From positions 2,036,689 through 2,100,688 of the forward strand of contig CM074809.1 in assembly GCA_037447605.1 (NCBI GenBank): a stretch of DNA of 64,000 bases, read 5' to 3'. The position numbers and the translations under genes are program-made. The notes below the pieces were generated by a model, which was given only the letters and a program-made list of their open reading frames with translations, did not search any database and was not told the origin of the DNA. This stretch comes from Zygnema circumcarinatum SAG 698-1b. Taxonomy: Eukaryota; Plantae; Zygnematophyceae. Below, piece by piece: positions 25,848-37,300 of the stretch (positions are counted from its first letter, which is position 1; every line of letters begins with the position of its first letter).

Positions 25848-26760
25848 ATCCCCTCTTGGTACTTAGTTCCCCTTGGGCCCTAGTTTCATGAGACCACTAC
25901 AATTCCCTAGTGTCCCACAACTACATGTATGCTCCCTTGTCTGAACAAGCTGCCCCCTCTTGATCTCAAGGCCCGAGAGATCATCTTTCCCCTCTTGATC
26001 CTCACTTGGTCGCCTTCCACATTTGATCCTGGGCGCTTCCGCTGAACTCCTTATAGGTCCAGCAACCGGGTATTCCTTCGTAGTTGCAACCTTGTACTCG
26101 GGCTGCTCCACTACCCTGGGTTGAAAGGACCCCTCCACTTCAACTCATGGTTGTTTGGATGCAACAAGCCCGTGTGTTTCCGGCCTCCTTGGGGCTCCTA
26201 ACTGGTGATCACGGAATTCGCACACATTCTCACCACCACTAATGTCCACCCTTTTAGGTGATGGGTCCTTTCAACCCCTTAAGCTTATCACGAAATGTCG
26301 TTGGCGAAATAAATCCTCTGCTCCCGAGCCTCAATGCTTCTCTAGCATCACTTTCCTCACTCCAAAAGGCTGATGCGGATCTATCTTATGGTGAATGGGT
26401 TCCTCCACGGGGTCCTTGGCAGGATAGCTCAGCCTTGAGCCTCCCTTCCCACTCCTAGAAGTAAAGCCCACCTTGCTGGATTCCCTTGCACAGACTTGCC
26501 TGTCTCCTTGTGAATGACCTCACAACTACCCCTCTCAAACCATACTCCATAGTCCTTCTCACACAACTGACTATGAGAGAGGAAATTAATGCAGCCCAGT
26601 CAGGGAGTATCTGATGCGTTACCAACATGGAACCCGACCCTCGCGTGCTTCCCTCCCAGAACACCTCCAACTTGGTACATTAGCCTTCGTCACAGGACTC
26701 CTTCTCAGTTCTTTGAGTAGACGAGCGGGTTCCTCAAAGTCTCATACGTAGCAATTTGAA
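25848..26760 (-). pseudogene. Element B internal region: degenerate Copia post-protease / pre-integrase sequence running directly into the PPT
   Basis: Manual translation gives NFLSHSQLCEKDYGVWFERGSCEVIHKETGK...GIQQGGLYF (26455-26600), which resembles the Copia NLLSxSQL...GGLY segment. No INT, RT or RH motifs before the PPT at 25848. Confidence 0.55.
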
Positions 26761-26764
26761 ATCT

Positions 26765-27002
26765 ACCTTAACTTCAGCTGTGGCGGAGTGCAGCTTTCGA
26801 CGGTATTTCGGCAAAAGCGAGTTCCGGGGAGTAGAGGGCCCCGAGGAGAGAGAGAAGCTTGAGTGGGAGCAGCCGGGATGGGCGTGCAACGGTATCTTGC
26901 ATTACGTTGGTTGGGTGGCGGCGGTCACCCTCGCCCACTACGCTTCCAGATTGAACCTCACCGGCATGGAGGATTGACGAGGCGTCGGTAGCAAGCTGCG
27001 AA
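26765..27002 (-). mobile_element. Family-G chromovirus LTR fragment inside element B
   Basis: The reverse complement matches 13865-14070 (CAATCCTCCATG...CACCCAACCAACGTA...GCTGCTCCCACTC...GCTGAAG..TAGATTTC). Ends at a 100-N gap. Confidence 0.65.
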
Positions 27003-28818
27003 NNNNNNNNNNNNNNNNNNNNNNNNNNNNNNNNNNNNNNNNNNNNNNNNNNNNNNNNNNNNNNNNNNNNNNNNNNNNNNNNNNNNNNNNNNNNNNNNNN
27101 NNCGTCACGGCCGCACATGCTACGCCTTGCAAGACCCTTATCCTGATCCTAACTTCGCGCCACAAGCTTGATCCTCCTTCAGCTTGCACGGATCCAGCAC
27201 ATCAATGCCGTCAGATCCGCCGCCCTTCTTTATCTCCATCCGAGTCCTCCACCGTAGGATCTGGACTCCTCATTACTTGGCGTCATGTGGGGACCCCGTA
27301 GCCTACGAGCGCCACTGACCTAGAAGGCCGTACAGGCCTTCAATTTAACCCGGACACGTGGCGCCTTCCGATTCGTCACTGTCCTTCACATGAGACATAG
27401 CTGACTCCGTACCTCGTCAGTTCTGCTCCGCGCGCTGATTCGCGCCTCGTCACTTCTCGATTTGTCGCGTCGCGCCACGTCACATCTGACTCCGCCACGC
27501 CGCGCCTCGCCACCGACCAATGTCCGTACATTCGAGGTCCTGGCCTTACAAATCGTACCACTGATTGGCTCCATCGACATTCTGATGCCTTGCCTTGCCA
27601 AATCAGACTCTGCGCACTATTTGCACACCCCTTAAAGACTTGTACGGTCCCTTAGACGGTTCGCCGTACAATGTAGACATCATGAGCACACCCCTCCTTA
27701 GAACTTAGTACCAACAACTTAGTGTACAACAAGTCCCTAACTACTTTACACTAACAAAGGTCGCCATGGCACATGGTCCAGATGGATATGGCATATGGTC
27801 TAGATGGACATGGACATGGTCTAGATGGACATGGCACATGGCGCAGTCGCACGCAGTTTGCAACCCATCCATGGCCATGGCCATGCCCGGAGCCGTTCCA
27901 CTCCCTCCCTCCGTGCTCGCAGGCCGTTGTAGCACAAGATAAGTGGGGTTAAGAGGAGACTGCTGAGCTAGTTGAAGGTGCTGTACGGCCACTCGCGCGT
28001 GCGTGCTGAAACTAATGAAGGGTTGGGTTGGTTCTGTGGGTCTTCCTGCAGCATAGAGCCAGGATCCGGGGGATTCAGAGGTACGCGCAGCGGAAGACGT
28101 AGGGATCCTGAAGATGTTCCCACCGGCGGCTGNNNNNNNNNNCTCCACCGTAGGATCTGACTCCTCATTACTTGGCGTCATGTGGGACCCCGTAAGCCTA
28201 CGAGCGCCACCGACCTAGGCCGTACAGGCCTTCAATTTAACCCGACACGTGGCGCCTTCCGATTCGTCACTGTCCTTCACATGAGACATAGCTGACTCCG
28301 TACCTCGTCAGTTCTGCTCCGCGCGCTGATTCGCGCCTCGTCACTTCTCGATTTGTCGCGTCGCGCCACGTCACATCTGACTCCGCCACGCCGCGCCTCG
28401 CCACCGACCAATGTCCGTACATTCGAGGTCCTGGCCTTACAAATCGTACCACTGATTGGCTCCATCGACATTCTGATGCCTTGCCTTGCCAAATCAGACT
28501 CTGCGCACTATTTGCACACCCCTTAAAGACTTGTACGGTCCCTTAGACGGTTCGCCGTACAATGTAGACATCATGAGCACACCCCTCCTTAGAACTTAGT
28601 ACCAACAACTTAGTGTACAACAAGTCCCTAACTACTTTACACTAACAAAGGTCGCCATGGCACATGGTCCAGATGGATATGGCATATGGTCTAGATGGAC
28701 ATGGACATGGTCTAGATGGACATGGCACATGGCGCAGTCGCACGCAGTTTGCAACCCATCCATGGCCATGGCCATGCCCGGAGCCGTTCCACTCCCTCCC
28801 TCCGTGCTCGCAGGCCGT

Positions 28819-31800
28819 TGTAGCACAAGATAAGTGGGGTTAAGAGGAGACTGCTGAGCTAGTTGAAGGTGCTGTACGGCCACTCGCGCGTGCGTGCTGA
28901 AACTAATGAAGGGTTGGGTTGGTTCTGTGGGTCTTCCTGCAGCATAGAGCCAGGATCCGGGGGATTCAGAGGTACGCGCAGCGGAAGACGTAGGGATCCT
29001 GAANNNNNNNNNNGTGACGGTGAATGATGGCCGTCAGGAGGCAGGCAGAGTGGACTGAATGCTTAGATTCGGTCGCGTGAACTTCCACCCACTTGGTGTA
29101 TCTGTCCACGGCTAGGAAGTCCCGAATGTAGCCAGAGGGGGTGCCGAGCTGGGGGATAGAAAAGGTGTCAATGTTCCAATCTTCTGCAACGCCCCGGATC
29201 GGGATCTCACCCATCTCTAGGGGTTGGCGGTCGGGGGGAGCAGAACGCTTGCCGCGTTGGCAGCGGGTGCAGGTTTCGATGTAGCGGCTCACCGCGCCAT
29301 GGAGGCCGGGCCAATAGTAGCGCTCCTGCAGTAGGGCGACCATCTTCTTCTGGCCAAGGTGGAATCCGCCGGGCTGGGAATCGTGGGCGACATCCAGAAT
29401 CTCCATGCGCTCGTTGGGAAATGGAACAGGAAGGCCGGAGGGTAGGTAAAGAATCTGTCCGTCATCATCGACAGAGAAGTTCCGAGCGCGGCGGAGCAGC
29501 CGAGCCCTCTCGGTGTCCGTGATAAAAGGGGGCAATGTGCGGGTCATGACGTAGCGCAGAAGGGAGGAGTCTGAATGGACGTCATTGGCGCTGGGGAAAT
29601 GGGGAGGAAGGAAGGGAGCTTCGCCATCGTCATCCATGAGGAGTTCCCACGGATCCGCATGGGGGTGGCCGTGGGTGAAGTCAGGGTCCTGCCAGCGATG
29701 GAGGGTGGTGGCCGTGGCCGGAATATCGATCAGCCCATCTGCGAATATGACATCATGCAAGTCTTGATCGGCAATAAAAATCTCAATGGGAAGATGCTCA
29801 GGGTTCAAGAGGGTGGGTGGAGGGATGGGTTCAGGAACGGCCGGATCGTGATAGAGGAGGGGAGCCGAGGGGTTGCGACTGAGGCCGTCAGCATTGCCGT
29901 GACTACGGCCGGGACGGTGAGTGACCTTGAGTACATTATACTCCTCCAACTTCATCACCCATCGTGCAAACTTAGGGCGTAGGGTAGCCATAATGTGCAG
30001 CCAAGTGAGGGGCATGTGGTCAGTCCGGATGATAATGGGCTGGTAGGCCGTAAAGAGCTTGAACTTCTCCAGTGCCCAGAGAATAGCCGCTGCCTCACCC
30101 TCAGTAGGGCTGTACTTGGTCTCGGTTTCCGAACAAACCCGGCTAGCATAACTGACCGGGTGTTCCCCATCCAAGAAGGTTTGATCGCCACGCCCCAAAG
30201 CCCGCCCTCGACTCAAATGTACCGGGCCAATGATGGTGTGGGCGTGGTGGGGTCAATCGATGCGCATAAGGAGCCTCGGGCGAGGGCACTCTGAGCCGGA
30301 GGCCGTGATCTTGGCGCCGGCTCCATTCGTAGTGGACTCGCAGGCTTCCAAAGGCATGTAGGGACGCGATAAGGGCATAGCTCTTGATGAATCGGCGATA
30401 GAATGAGGTGAGTCCCAAGAAAGACTTGAGCTGAGTGAGGTTCTGTGGAATCGGCATAAGGTCAATCGCTTCAATCTTGTCGAGTGAAGGTTTCAGGCCA
30501 TTGATGCCAAGGCGGTGCCCGAGATGAGTGATCACCTGATGGCCCCATTTGCACTTGGGTGCAATCTTCAAACGCTGACCGATGAGCCGCTGAAGTACTT
30601 GGTCAATGTGTTGCGTGGGTAATCTCAACTTGCCGTGGTGGGAAGCATCATCCACGTAAGGTTTGCAGAAGGCACGACAGGGGCCGAACACCTGGTTGGC
30701 CAAGCGCTGGTGAGTCTGGGCTGGAATTCTTGAGCCCAAAGGGAAGCACTGTCCACTGCACGAAGCGCGTGGCTGTGCGAAGCCCTGTCTTGCAGCGATC
30801 GGCCTGTCGCAGGGGGATCTGCCAGAAGGACTTCTGCATGTCCAGTGCCGAGAACCATCGGGTCATCGAGACGTGCCAGGAGAATCAGGTCCACATCCGT
30901 AACGAGTAAGGATCCCACTTCGCTATGGCATTCGCCTCGATAGTCTCCACGTATGAGTGTGCCATCCTCGGGCTTTGGGGCGAACGCCACGCTCCAAGGC
31001 CCTTCTCCGGAAACTTCCACTGCCGGGCCGCCACGTTTCATCGACCGTTCGACATCGCCGGCCGCGCTGGGCGGAAAAGCTTATAGGAGTCATGGTCACG
31101 GAGGTGCATCATCCCGTGATCGGCGTGGTGCTCAATCGTGCGGGTCTTGCCGGCGTCGGTTGAATGTCGTGGCTAAAACTAGGTGATTTTGGCGCAGCAC
31201 TTGGCGTAGTTGAGAATGCTTGATCGGGTCTGAGAGTACTGCTGGCCCCAATCGCATCTGACCCTCTATCTCCAGCCACTCTTCATCACCGATGGTCTCG
31301 TGGGCTGGGAAGCTGGGTGCAGCGAGCACCGGCGGCAAAAGTTCCTCCGTCGGCGCACAGAGGGCTGGATTCGGGGGAGCAGGAGGGGAAGTCTCGCCAT
31401 CGGTATCAGAATTGGCCGATCCATAGGAAGAATGGGGGCTGCCGACAGCATGGTACATGGTGATCTCTGGGTAGGAGACCTGCGCCGTGGCGTGGCGTTT
31501 GGGGAAGGCGGAGGTGGCAAGGGACTCGAGGATGATGGGGAAGGAGTAGTCTATCCCGCCAGCAGATAAGTGCAGCTGACACGTAGCAAAGTCGATTTGT
31601 GCTCCCATCGCACGAGCCAATTCGGAGCCCGCCAGGATAGAATAGTGCTCAATCACTGCGGATGACCGCATTCACCGCGGGTCCCCATCTCGCCAAGGCC
31701 GATGATCACTTTGGGCACCTTCAATCCTTTCTTCATGTGAAGCTCCCCTCAACCCCTACACATATCCGAATGGCTCGAAAGGCTCTTGTCCAACTTAACC

Positions 31801-34250
31801 CCTCGCAGCCTTCATCACCGGGTTTGGACGTAATCGCGGCAAGATAGCTCCCGTGTCGCATCATTTCTTTGCCGATGACCGCTTAGCCATACATTACTGA
31901 CAATGATTCGCGACGCTGGGTGCTGGGATCGTGAGGGAGAACATGAATCGGGCGCAGGATGATGGCGGGAGAGCTTAACCGACCGAAGAGGCCAGGCTGT
32001 GGTGGATATCCGCCATGAGGGGATGTCCTGAGAGGTGCCATGGGGAACCGGGAGTCAGCAGGTGGCCTCTCGCATCGCCGGCCAGCTTACAAACTACCTA
32101 CCAAAGACTGTACCACCGCATCAACTCCGTGACAAGGTAAGGCCTTAGCCTTGTCTCCTATGAGCCGACATGAACCATGCTCAATCGTGATGTGCCGTCT
32201 GGCTTCTGGGGGTGGTCGACGATCGGCTGCTTGGGGGTAGAAACGGGCTGCTCGAGGGCGATGGGGCGGGTTGACATGCATTTCTTCCGTCGCCGGTGCT
32301 GTCGGCTCTGGCTGCGCCGCTGTCGGCTCCTCCTCATTGAGATCGTCAGTTTCCTCCTCAGGCATGGATCCCAAGGGATGACCCGTGGAAGGAGGGAGGA
32401 CTGAAGTTCTCCGGACAGGGGTGGCGACCGGTGGAGCCGTGCCGGAGGAGCTGGCGCCGTTGACATTGGCAGGGAGGAATGGCAGGGGATGTGAATGCGG
32501 ATCACTTTGTTGATTGTGGAGTTCTGGCAAGAAGGCGCTGTAATCTCTACGATCCGGCTTGAGCACCTTTCTTCTAAGTGATGGGGATTCGGACCAAGCC
32601 GGGTTGCAATGCTGCCGCGTAACTGGGCAAAGCAAGGAGCGGCGTTAGGATCGGGCTCAAAGACCCAATGCGTTTGCTGCTGAAGGCTGTGGAGTCCATG
32701 GGGTGCGTATGGATAAAGCGGACGCTATGTGATGGTATAAGCCGGTGAAGGGAGGTGGAGGCGCAGCAAAAGGGAGCCGGAGTTCTGGTGGCTATGCGGT
32801 GAGTAGCCGAGCATGTCCATGATGGTGATCTCCGCAGTGAGCTCCCCTCGCACGCTTTCCCCTTCGGCCTCTTTCACTTGAGAGTCTCCTCGCGATGCAT
32901 ACACCGCATCATACAAGTGATCTCGCGTAAGGTGCAGTCCATGGTCCACAACGCAGCCGCGGATTGTGATTCAGGCCGCAGGCAAGGCAAACGCCCTCTG
33001 GAACCCCTGCCTCTGTCATCCGACGGCGCAGATCGGCCCTGGCAGCTTCTCTCTCTTCGGGTGTGCGATCGGAATAAGGACCCCGATATCCTGGACGAGA
33101 AACGTCTGGGATGTGAGGATTCACCGCCGGCTCAATGGGATGCGCCGGATCATGAGGGTATGGGGAAAGGGGAAGGGGCTTGGTCGCGCTGGCTATAGCC
33201 AGAGGCTGCACCACAGGGGCTGCCCGGACGTCCTGAGCAGGGATGCCGGAGAAAGACGTCTTGTTCCTAGAAAATGTAGCGTAGGGATCATACAACTGCT
33301 GATTCTGTGTCTTCAGGAACTGCTGGTAGAGTCGATCTTGTCGCGATCCGCTGTATTCATGTAATGCGGTCGCATATGTCGGCTTGCCTCTCTCTTGATC
33401 CTTCCTTCTCACCGCCTCGCCTCTTCTAACAAGGCCCGGCATCTCTGGCCGGTGGTTGTCGCTGTACCACTCATCCAAGTGGAGATCCCCTTCGCTGATG
33501 GCCTTATGGAACTAATTCTGAGAACTCTTCGGGAAGTCGCAAGTTCTCGACAGTATTTGCTACGCGACAAAACGCTTCGCGAATTCAAAATGTAAAATTA
33601 CCATCACCGTGAAAGTATCTCTATGTAGCTAAGTCCTGCTCTAGCAATGGATCGGATTCGAAATCCAGTTGTCTCAAAAGCTTGCTTTGAACGTGTCCCT
33701 TTTTGTCGTGGTGCCGACGACATCCGCGAGCGCTGGGACACGCCTTCCAATTGACTCTCCCTTCCGCTCCAAGGGCCACTTTGATCCACCGGGTCCTCCT
33801 TCAGTCCGCTTGTGCCGCCTTTCTCTCAAGGTGTCTCCATGCTTCCTCAAAGATTCTCCCCTCGCTTAAGCCGCAGGTGAAGCCTCTCAGATGATGCCCG
33901 TGGTATCCCTCACCTCACTCTTTTCAGGAATCATGGCTATCAGTTTTGTCATCATCTCTTCCATCTTGCTGGGAAACTCAGATCTGACACGTGTGCTTCT
34001 CTGCAGGTTGGTGCGAAAGCTGGAGGGTCCTTGCGATCGTCCTGCCCTTGCCCCTGAAGCCGCTCGCCTGGGGCTGCCGGATGGGTAAGTTGTGAACGCC
34101 GGAGGTGAGGGTGCCCTCCGAGGAACCGCCTCGGCTTCGAGGATCGCGGCCGCCGCTGCGGCTGGAAGGGACCTCAGCGCTATCCGACCGAGATCCCGCG
34201 GGTTGTGTCCCCCGTGGGCCGCTGCGGGGACCCTGCGTTCGAACGGCACT
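28819..34250 (-). mobile_element. Ty3/gypsy element C (non-chromovirus-like): gag-PR-RT-RH-INT
   Basis: RT: LDMQKSFWQI, LPFGLKN, YVDD (30600-30870). RH: SYASR...YSPTEGE...TDH...NADGLSR. Integrase HHCC zinc finger in ORF 28966-30216. Gag-like ORFs at 32909-34249. Putative LTR end TGTAGCACAAG at 28819. Confidence 0.8.
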
Positions 34251-34359
34251 TCCTCTCTTCACGTACCCGCGACAAATGGTATCAGGCAAAATGCAAGCTT
34301 TGATCATCCTCGGCGCGTATTATCGCCACCGGGTATGGCCATCCGTAGCTTAAACGCTA

Positions 34360-37300
34360 CAAATACCCATACTCGAGGTGTGTACTTAGGGCGCCGCCCT
34401 CGCCCTAGTACTTTCACCCGGCGCGGCCGAAAGTGGGCCGCGCCGGACTCGGGACCGGAAAGGCCCTGATCGTCCCGCGAAGGTTGCAGTGGTTCGAAGG
34501 CGCGTATACCGAGATATATACGGACGCCGCATGGGCTCGGGATCATGGAATCTCGGCTCACATCTTCCTTACGTTTTGGAACGTAACCCGCCGCCCTATT
34601 GGGCCATGGTTACCGCTTGTACGGATGATCGTTGGGCTTGACGCGCTGCGCGCGTAGGGATCCAACCGTACCGACGATTTAAGGCGCTAAGCCGCTGTTG
34701 GCGCGGGCAAGGCTGCGAATGCGGCGTTATCGTGATGCGCAGCAGGCCACCTCCCCACCCATTCTCGGTGCCTTAGAGGGACACGTGCGGCGCTTACATT
34801 GGACGCTCAATCCTCCATGGCCGGTAGAGGTTCAATCCGGGAAGTTGCAGGGGCTTAGGTGATCGCCGCCACCCAATCTAACATACCGCATGGGTTGCAC
34901 GCCCGTCCGGCTACCCCACCTCGGAAAGGCCTCCCTCTCCTCCGACTCCGCGGAGTACCGGGTGTGTAATTCCTCGCAGCGTCAAGAGGCGCTCCTTCGG
35001 GCCGTTAAGAGACATCGATACCGCTGCTGGGCGGCCCTCGGGAGAACCTGCAGTGGGCCTGCGGTGACCACCGGAGGGGACCCTCGGCCCCGGGGTCGCT
35101 TGCCTCCACCTCCCCGCCTCGACGCAGGAGAGATGGAGGAGAACTCCTGAGACTACCGGCCCCATGGAGGGGGCCGAAGTCCCGAGCCCACGGGTGATCA
35201 AGGTCACCCGGAGACCACCGCCCCTCTCCCCACCCAACCGGAGCCCGTGGCTCCGGTAGAAGCCCTCAACTGGGCCCTACCCCATGATCGGGGCCCACAT
35301 CACCGTGGGCGCGGCCCAGAAGATGAGGAACAGGATTGAGGATCTGGGGAAGAGCGTAAGGGAGCAGAACGTGAATACGTTGAGCTGCTCAAGGAAGGTG
35401 GACGACATGGAGCTCACGGTCCGCCGCCTGGTGGACACGCTCCAAATGGAGTTCCGCAGCCTTTCGGACAGGTTCCGAACGATCGAGGAAGGTATGCCCC
35501 CTCAACCCCCCTCAGGCCGTAGAGAGGCAAAGTGGGATGCAAAGTTGTGTCCCCGGGAAGGGTTAGGGCAAGCTACTCCTGGGTGAAGGCCGTCAAGACC
35601 CCGGACGCCCAACCGGGTCACGGCAAATGGGTAAGTCCCACCCCCGGCTTTTCCACGGGGAAGCCACCCACGGGTGTGTATAACCACCCAGCTGGGGGAC
35701 CCCCGCCTGGGCAGCTGCCGGGGCGGAGGAGATCCCCCAGCCCCCACGCTTCCCCGCGAATCCCATCGAGGATGCCTCGACCTAATCGGGCCAAGGTGGC
35801 CTCTCTTTCCTTTTGGGGTGAACATCCTACCACGGACTGCTCGATTGAGCAGTGGTTGGGTCAAACGAAGGGTTACCTTCTTGCGACCAACTGTCCCCCC
35901 CTCCAGTGGGTAAGCTTTGCTTACCCAGCACTCAGAGGAGCCGCATACCGCGTGTATGAGGGCCTCTCTGATGAGATTGGGGACGATTGGGATAAGTTCC
36001 GAGATGAACTTATCAAACACTTTTGGGGCCTTGATCCCAAGCTTGGGAGGCCCGATAAGTTTCTCGTAACATGGTCCAAAACCGTATAGCCACAAGCGCC
36101 AAGCAGATTCCCCGGGCGCGACAAGTGGTGCCTCGTGATCACCACTCACAAGCCTCGACAGCCGAAGTTCTTTTTCCACTTCGTGAATGGCTTGAAGCCA
36201 CACCTCGAAGCGCGTTTAAGAACCAAACCCACGGACCAAACCGCGGGGACCCTCGCACGCATCAGCCAGACACTTGATGCAGCCATTCGGCTTGGACACC
36301 GCCCCGCAGCGAGCGTAGCCCCTTCCCCACCCCTGCCAGAAGTCGGGCGACGCGGACAGGCGTCGTGTGGAAGTTGGGCGGGACTCAGCCTCAAATCGCG
36401 TGAAAGAACAACAAGCGAAGCAGCCTCGAAGTGGCCGCCTCGGCCTACCCACGCACGCCGCCAGGTTGACCTGCAGGAAATAGAGAAGATGCAATGAGAA
36501 CAAGTGTTTCCTGGGCCGCCGCAGTGAGGGGCAATAAGGTCTGGATCGCCCCCTCCTCAACACCAAGGACAAGAAGGGCAGGGGCCGGAAACCCCAGCAC
36601 TTTGCAGTGTCGCACACGCTGAAGCCAGGTAGTAAAATGTTCACCCAGTGGATGCCATCCTCGTTTCTTTAAACCTCTTATTACTCAAACCCCCTGCATC
36701 CTTTCAAATGGCGATCCCGACGCATCCTCCCACCCATAACATGATTTCATCTGAAATGATCAGCGTCCATCCCAACGCCCGATGTCCGCCATGATGTCTG
36801 GTATTGCCCACCCATAACCCAACGCGCCCAAACCTGCACCGCCGTCGGTGCCCGAAATGGAAAAGCGGCACATGTTGGTGTTAAGAGATGGAAGGATCCA
36901 CCTCGCCTTTGCCGGTTGGCTCACCCTACACATTGGTGTGGAGGACGACTCGTCCTCAACCTTCGCATATAGTGCGATCTATGTTCCACCTTGCCCATCG
37001 GGCCATGACCTTCATCGGATCAGCCAATGGTCACCCAGCAGTTCTACTGCTAGATACTGGGGCAGATGCTAACTTTGTTAGTTCTGCGTTCACCCAGCGG
37101 TTTAAGTTGACCACAGATCCCCATTCGGAAAGTGTTACTTTCGGGATGGACGCTAGCGGGCCGATCTCCTCGCAATAGCCACACTCAAGATCAAGTCTAC
37201 CCTACCCGCGCCAAGCGTCTTCTGCAACACAACTGGCCCCTCGGTATCGATGTGTTATTTTGGGGAGTGCTTGGCTAACCATGGTCAAAGCACAATGGAT

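Larger units (their letters stand above)
815..27756 (-). mobile_element. Copia-derived LTR element B, host of the nested insertions
   Basis: 5-bp TSD AAGGT at 810-814 and 27757-27761. LTR termini TGTTAGTG...GCAACAACA on the minus strand. The 3' LTR is split into 815-998, 11131-11255, 12284-12323 and 25793-25847. PPT CCAAGAGGGGAT at 25848-25859 (minus). Partial 5' LTR at 27103-27756. Confidence 0.8.

Noticed and set aside
27103-29003. Apparent tandem duplication of the B 5' LTR end plus flank (27230-28130 vs 28141-29003)
   Set aside because: The copies are essentially identical and separated by a 10-N gap, typical of unmerged overlapping contig ends.
34266-34286. LTR-end/PBS-like string CCCGCGACA-AA-TGGTATCAGG on the plus strand
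   Set aside because: The sequence to its left reads as element C gag on the minus strand, and no matching LTR or downstream gag was found. Treated as chance or a tiny relic.
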